Shown here piece by piece: positions 59,338-64,000 of a stretch of 64,000 bases of DNA (the stretch's first letter is position 1; the number at the start of each line of letters is the position of its first letter). The notes below the pieces were generated by a model that was given only the letters and a program-made list of their open reading frames with translations, ran no database searches and had not been told where the DNA came from. This stretch comes from Nitrospirota bacterium (GTDB lineage: Bacteria > Nitrospirota > UBA9217): contig CAWIYV010000010.1 of assembly GCA_963840455.1 (NCBI GenBank), positions 256,001-320,000 on the forward strand, in the 5' to 3' direction. Position numbers and translations under genes: made by a program.

Positions 59338-60758
59338 TGTCCTCCCAAAGCGATAATGTCCTATTCTGCCAAAGTTAAAATGTCCTATTTCCAGCTACAA
59401 TGCCCGACCGTACGGGGAGGGCATGATGGCAGAAAAGGACAAGGTTTTAATGAGCCAGACGGAGTCAAACCGGCTTTATGTTATCCGCCAGGCACTGGAT
59501 AAAGCGATAACGCAGCGTCAAGCAGCAGAGATACTTGGATTAACAGATCGTCAGGTAAGGAGAATTGCCAGACGTGTTCGATCGGAGGGCACCGTTGGCA
59601 TTTGCCACAAGTCCCGGGGAAAGCGGTCCCATAACCGGATCGCAGAGAAGATACGGGACAAAGCCGTCACGATCTGCCGGGATACGTACAAGAAATTCGG
59701 TCCCACCCATGCCAGCGAGAAGCTGGTAATGAAGCATGGGATCCAGATCAGCGCTGAGACGCTCCGGGGGTGGTTTCAAGAGGAACAGATTCCCTATAAG
59801 AGTCGGAAGAAACGTCCCCATCGTCAGTGGCGAGAACGAAAGGCCCATCGGGGTGAGATGATTCAGATGGACGGATCCCATCACGACTGGTTTGAGGGGC
59901 GCGGTCCTTGGTGTGTTCTCATGGGGTACGTGGACGATGCCACCGGGACGGTGTATGGGCGTTTTTATGAGTATGAGGGAACGCTGCCGGCCATGGACGG
60001 TTTCAAGCGTTATATCAGGCTCTACGGGCTGCCGCAGAGCGTCTATCTGGACCGGCACTCAACGTACAAGGTCACACCCAAGCAGAGCATCGAAGAGGAG
60101 CTGAGCGATATCCAGCCGATGAGCCATTTCGAGAAAAGCCTGGCCGCGCTTGATGTAAGGGTCATCCATGCCTATTCACCCCAGGCCAAAGGTCGGGTCG
60201 AGCGGCTATTCGGGACCTTTCAGGATCGGGTCGTCAAAGAGATGCGATTGGCCGGAGTAACGAACATCGGGGACGGCAATACGTTCTTGGAGCACTATTT
60301 ACCCGAGTACAACAGAAAGTACGCCAAGGAAGCAGCACAAACGGCGGACTTCCATCGGCCGGTTGTAAGTAAACGGGCGCTTGATACGATTCTCTCGATC
60401 AAGACTGACCGATCACTCCGGAACGACTTTACGGTTGCCCACAACAAGAAGCTTTACCAGATCAAGAGCAGACATTCGAACGAAGAAGGTAGTCGTGGAA
60501 GAAAGAACCGACGGAACCATGCGAATCCTCCATAATGGCCAAAAGCTGAGGTATCAAGAAATTATTGCTCGCCCTCGTCAGACAAAGAAAATCAAGGGGA
60601 GGCCAAGATCACTAACAACGTGGAAGCCGTCTGCGTCGCATCCTTGGAACTCGACCGGGCAAGGCAATGGCCAAAGCAAGAGAAGAACTACAGGCAACAT
60701 CGTAAAACCGGACATTTCTACTTTGGTAAGAATCGGACATTTCTACTTTGGCTTGACA
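59338..60758 (+). mobile_element. IS1202-like element 2 (diverged from element 1)
   Basis: Same end structure; third target copy at 60759-60774. Confidence 0.88.
59423..60705 (+). pseudogene. transposase with apparent +1 frameshift near 60470; 3' end approximate
   Basis: Homology continues in the frame of ORF 60381-60800 (DIRTKKVVVEERTDG). Confidence 0.7.
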
Positions 60759-60774
60759 CGGACGGGCCCGTGCC

Positions 60775-60803
60775 TTGCTTTTCACCGACAAAAATGCTAA
60801 CCT
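60775..60803 (+). promoter_or_regulatory. putative sigma70 promoter of rlmN
   Basis: TTGCTT-17 nt-TAACCT with extended TG. Confidence 0.45.
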
Positions 60804-60822
60804 TGCGCCTGCGAGAAAAGCA

Positions 60823-61878
60823 ATGACCACGAAAGCGATCCCCATAAAGACCCTTTCCTTTGACGAGCTCAAAGAAAAACTGGTCGCGATGGGCCTCAAA
60901 GCATACCGCACCGGCCAGATCTTCGCTTGGATCTACCACCAGCATGCCGTCTCCTTCAACGAGATGACCAATATCGCCAGGGCAGAGCGCGAGCTGCTTG
61001 CCGCGGTTTTTGCCATCACCGCTCCCACGGTCCTGCTCGTGGAGCGCTCATCAGATGGTACCCGGAAGTTCCTCTTCGGGCTCGACGACGGACACACCGT
61101 CGAGAGCGTGCTCATCCCCGACGAGGACCGGCAGACGCTCTGCATCTCGTCGCAGGTTGGGTGCCGGCAGGCCTGTCGTTTCTGCCTTACGGCCCAAAGC
61201 GGCTTTATCCGCAACCTGAAGGCCTCCGAGATCAGCGACCAGGTCCTGGAGGTCTCCCGCGTCCTGCGCAGGGAAGGATCGCGGGACATCACCAACATCG
61301 TGCTCATGGGCATGGGCGAGCCTCTCGCGAACTTCATGGAATTGACCAGGGCGCTTCGGACCATTACCTCCGACAAGGGACTGGGGATCTCGCCGCGCCG
61401 GGTGACGGTCTCCACGAGCGGCCTTGTCCCGGAGATCGGAAAGCTGGGGGCGTTAGGCCTGAGGGTGAACCTGGCCGTGTCGCTGAACGCCTCAACTGAT
61501 GAGGTCCGCGACCGAATCATGCCGGTGAACAAGCGCTACCCCATTCGGGAGCTTCTGGCCGCGTGCCGGCGCTTTCCCCTTGAGCCGAGACGGCGGATCA
61601 CCTTCGAGTACGTGCTCTTGAAGAGGGTGAATGATTCGCCCGAGGACGCCCTCCGGCTCGCGAAGCTCCTCCGGGGCATCAAATGCAAGGTGAACCTCAT
61701 CCCGTTCAATCCCTTCCCGGGCAGCGAGTTCCAGCGGCCCGATGACGGCATGGTGCGCCGGTTCCAGCGGGTCCTTCTCGACCACCACTATACCGCGCCG
61801 GTGCGCGAGTCCCGGGGCCGCGACATCTCTGCGGCCTGCGGCCAGCTCCGGGAGCGGGCTACGATTGCACTCCCGTAA
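60823..61878 (+). CDS. rlmN: 23S rRNA m2A2503/tRNA radical SAM methyltransferase
   Basis: CISSQVGCRQACRFC, MGMGEP, DISAACGQL. Confidence 0.95.
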   Translation: MTTKAIPIKTLSFDELKEKLVAMGLKAYRTGQIFAWIYHQHAVSFNEMTNIARAERELLAAVFAITAPTVLLVERSSDGTRKFLFGLDDGHTVESVLIPDEDRQTLCISSQVGCRQACRFCLTAQSGFIRNLKASEISDQVLEVSRVLRREGSRDITNIVLMGMGEPLANFMELTRALRTITSDKGLGISPRRVTVSTSGLVPEIGKLGALGLRVNLAVSLNASTDEVRDRIMPVNKRYPIRELLAACRRFPLEPRRRITFEYVLLKRVNDSPEDALRLAKLLRGIKCKVNLIPFNPFPGSEFQRPDDGMVRRFQRVLLDHHYTAPVRESRGRDISAACGQLRERATIALP

Positions 61879-61891
61879 CGGCAACCCTGCT

Positions 61892-62500
61892 TCATGGTCT
61901 TTCACCCTGCCGCGCATTATAGATCATGCCGCCCTGCTCCGCGTAGCGCCTGAGGACCGCTGCGGCCTCGGCCCGGCAGACGCTCTGCACCACCGCGATC
62001 CCGCGTTCCTCGAGCTCCCGCTGCCATCTCGCTGGCTTCGCCCCTTCATCAAAGCCAATGCCGGTAACATCCTCCCCGGTTGCGCCGCATACCAGGCGCC
62101 GCACCCCAGACCAGGGAATGGCACCCAGACACATGGCGCACGGCTCCGTGCTCGTCACCAGCTCGAGCGGCGGCATGCCGCCGCCGCCCAGATCGTAGGT
62201 CCCCGCCCACTGCTGGGCGAGCATGATGGCGATGATCTCGGCATGGGCGATCGAACTGTTCAGGGAGATCACGAGATTCACACCGGCCGTGATGAGCCGG
62301 CCTGTTCCGCCGTTGAATACAGCCGCTGCGAATGGGCCTCCCGTTCCCGCCAAAATGTTCTGCTCGGCGAGTCCGATGACGAAGCGCATGCGGTCTTCCA
62401 CAGCGGGAAAGGCCGTGTCCGGCGGCGGCAGGGCCCTTTCCAGCCAGGGGGGCAGGGACAGGGTAATGACGGTTTGGGGGAGAGCGTTCTTCATGACCAT
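61892..62500 (-). CDS. zinc-dependent nucleoside/nucleobase deaminase
   Basis: GGPFAA, AHAE, EPCAMC. Confidence 0.88.
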   Translation of the reverse strand: MVMKNALPQTVITLSLPPWLERALPPPDTAFPAVEDRMRFVIGLAEQNILAGTGGPFAAAVFNGGTGRLITAGVNLVISLNSSIAHAEIIAIMLAQQWAGTYDLGGGGMPPLELVTSTEPCAMCLGAIPWSGVRRLVCGATGEDVTGIGFDEGAKPARWQRELEERGIAVVQSVCRAEAAAVLRRYAEQGGMIYNARQGERP

Positions 62501-62552
62501 GACTGGCGGTATGCTGATGGAGCTGGCGAGGATCGGGCGCGGCGTGGCGGGA

Positions 62553-62936
62553 CTACCCTCGCTTGCCGCTGATGATCTCGTTCACCACGCTCAAAAGGTC
62601 GGCGGTCTGGATGGGTTTGGCGATATAGGCATTGGCGCCGAGGGCAAGGCCTCGCTTGCGGTCCTCATCGGCGCCCTCGGTGGTGATGATGATGATGGGA
62701 ATGGCCTTGTGAACGGGGTCATTACGGACCATGGAAACGAGCTTGAGGCCGTCCATGATGGGCATGTTGATGTCGGTGAGGATGATGTCGAACTTCTGGG
62801 AGGAAAGCTTCTTCAGGGCGTCTATGCCGTCGTTCGCCTCGACGATCTTGCTACCGGGAATGCGCTTGAGGGCAAAGGTAATGAGCTGCCGCATCGTGGG
62901 CGAGTCTTCAACCACCAGGAAATTGTACTCCGGCAT
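62553..62936 (-). CDS. CheY-like response regulator
   Basis: VVEDS, TDINMPIMDG, AKP. Confidence 0.9.
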   Translation of the reverse strand: MPEYNFLVVEDSPTMRQLITFALKRIPGSKIVEANDGIDALKKLSSQKFDIILTDINMPIMDGLKLVSMVRNDPVHKAIPIIIITTEGADEDRKRGLALGANAYIAKPIQTADLLSVVNEIISGKRG

Positions 62937-62949
62937 CGGATAACCTCCG

Positions 62950-63777
62950 TTATTGTTTCTCTTTCAGCAGGTCGAGGAAGCTTTGGATGGTTGAGAGCTT
63001 GCGCTCTGACTGAGAGTAGAGCTTCGAGGAGAAGAGCGCCGTGGCCGCGTGGCCTGCCAGCATGGAGAACAGCTCGTAGTCCATGTTCGAGAACTGCGTT
63101 TTCTGAATCAGGAGCTTGTAGATGACAATGGCGCCGATCACGTGCTCCTTGATCTTGAGCGGTATGCAGACCAGCGGGTGGGTATAATCAACACCCGTGA
63201 GGTCCGTCGGGTCCCCTTCCCGGTAGTATGACTCGCCATCCTTTGCCACCTTTCCGACAACGCCTTCGCCGGTCTTGATGGTGCCGTGCGCCTCCGGCCC
63301 CATGCCCTCCTGGGCGACGACGGCCAGTTCGTGCGTCTTCTCATCGAGCATCATGATGGAGAACTCTTCGGCGCCGATAAGGTTCATGACGATCTCGAGG
63401 ATGATCTTGAGGGATTCGTTGAAGTCCAGGGTCGAGTGCAACTGGTAGCTCGCCACGTAGAGGTTGGCCAGGTTGTTGTTCTCCGCCTCCACCTCGATGT
63501 AGCGGCTGGCAAAGTCCTTGTTCTCCTCTTCCACCTGGCGGTAGCGGTCGAGCAGGTTCTTATTTTCCTCTTCGAGGAACCTGAGGCGTTCTTCCAGGGA
63601 GTGCACCTTGAAGGTCCCCTCGCGGTCGGAGAACTTGTTGACCTCTTCGAGCTGGGCAAGACGGTACCTGAGCTTCTCGTTCTCCCTGAGCAGTTCCTGG
63701 GTGAACTCCTCCCCTTTTTTGAAAACCTGGAGGAACTCTTCGACCTTCTTGTTCAGGGTTCCGGGGTCCTTATCCAT
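62950..63777 (-). CDS. coiled-coil plus GAF domain protein
   Basis: Long coiled coil, then LHSTLD..GEGVVGKVA..CIPLK..LAGHAATAL. Confidence 0.85.
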   Translation of the reverse strand: MDKDPGTLNKKVEEFLQVFKKGEEFTQELLRENEKLRYRLAQLEEVNKFSDREGTFKVHSLEERLRFLEEENKNLLDRYRQVEEENKDFASRYIEVEAENNNLANLYVASYQLHSTLDFNESLKIILEIVMNLIGAEEFSIMMLDEKTHELAVVAQEGMGPEAHGTIKTGEGVVGKVAKDGESYYREGDPTDLTGVDYTHPLVCIPLKIKEHVIGAIVIYKLLIQKTQFSNMDYELFSMLAGHAATALFSSKLYSQSERKLSTIQSFLDLLKEKQ

Positions 63778-64000
63778 CCTGCCCTCCTTGCCTCGGTTGC
63801 GACCAGCACCACGTCCCGGCATCCTTGCGCGTCGGTCGTTACATCGATGCACCGCCGCTCGGCAATCGGCGCACTGCGCCGTCACCAGCGATTTGACCTA
63901 TTATAATCAAGACGTCCGAAATTATCAAGCCTATTTGTTCTGCGCGCTCTTTTCCTGCGCGTTTCAGGCCCTTCCGGAGCACCGGAAAGATATCTCGTCA

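Noticed and set aside
60440-60500. Programmed frameshift in transposase 2
   Set aside because: No slippery sequence at the site; it resembles the other 1-bp insertions that are probably sequencing errors.
57860-60810. dif/Xer site as IS target; IS-end TTGACA as hybrid promoter
   Set aside because: No XerC/XerD arms recognisable, and no -10 at a suitable distance from the TTGACA.

Overview
GC-rich bacterial chromosome segment, probably from an anaerobic Nitrospirota/Desulfobacterota-like organism (inferred from gene content only). Main contents: (1) the 5' part of a type II FAS/PKS-like cluster with an active KS, a catalytically dead CLF-like KS, FabZ, FabG and a SAM methyltransferase; (2) an uncharacterised copper/heme module (PCuAC chaperone, His-rich beta-propeller with CxxCH, MacB/LolD-type ABC); (3) housekeeping genes (atpBE, gltX, pdxA, rlmN); (4) a c-di-GMP-I riboswitch ahead of TPR, two DUF1566 and adhesin-like genes, with DGR-like variable 3' ends on the DUF1566 genes; (5) a receiver-domain-LpxC fusion; (6) a PaoABC-like molybdoenzyme; (7) a ~27 kb Wood-Ljungdahl supercluster (cooC, folE, hdrCBA-mvhD-metVF, acsEDCB, hydCB-fdh, fhs) with no cooS or folD in the window and three selenoproteins that the ORF track splits at UGA (FDH, MvhD, an exported UxxC glutaredoxin); (8) two different IS1202-like elements stacked at one 16-bp target; and (9) a ~118-bp two-hairpin element family resembling non-autonomous IS200/IS605 derivatives. 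No CRISPR, rRNA or tRNA was seen. Several 1-bp frameshifts may be sequencing errors. All family calls come from motif recognition, not database searches.
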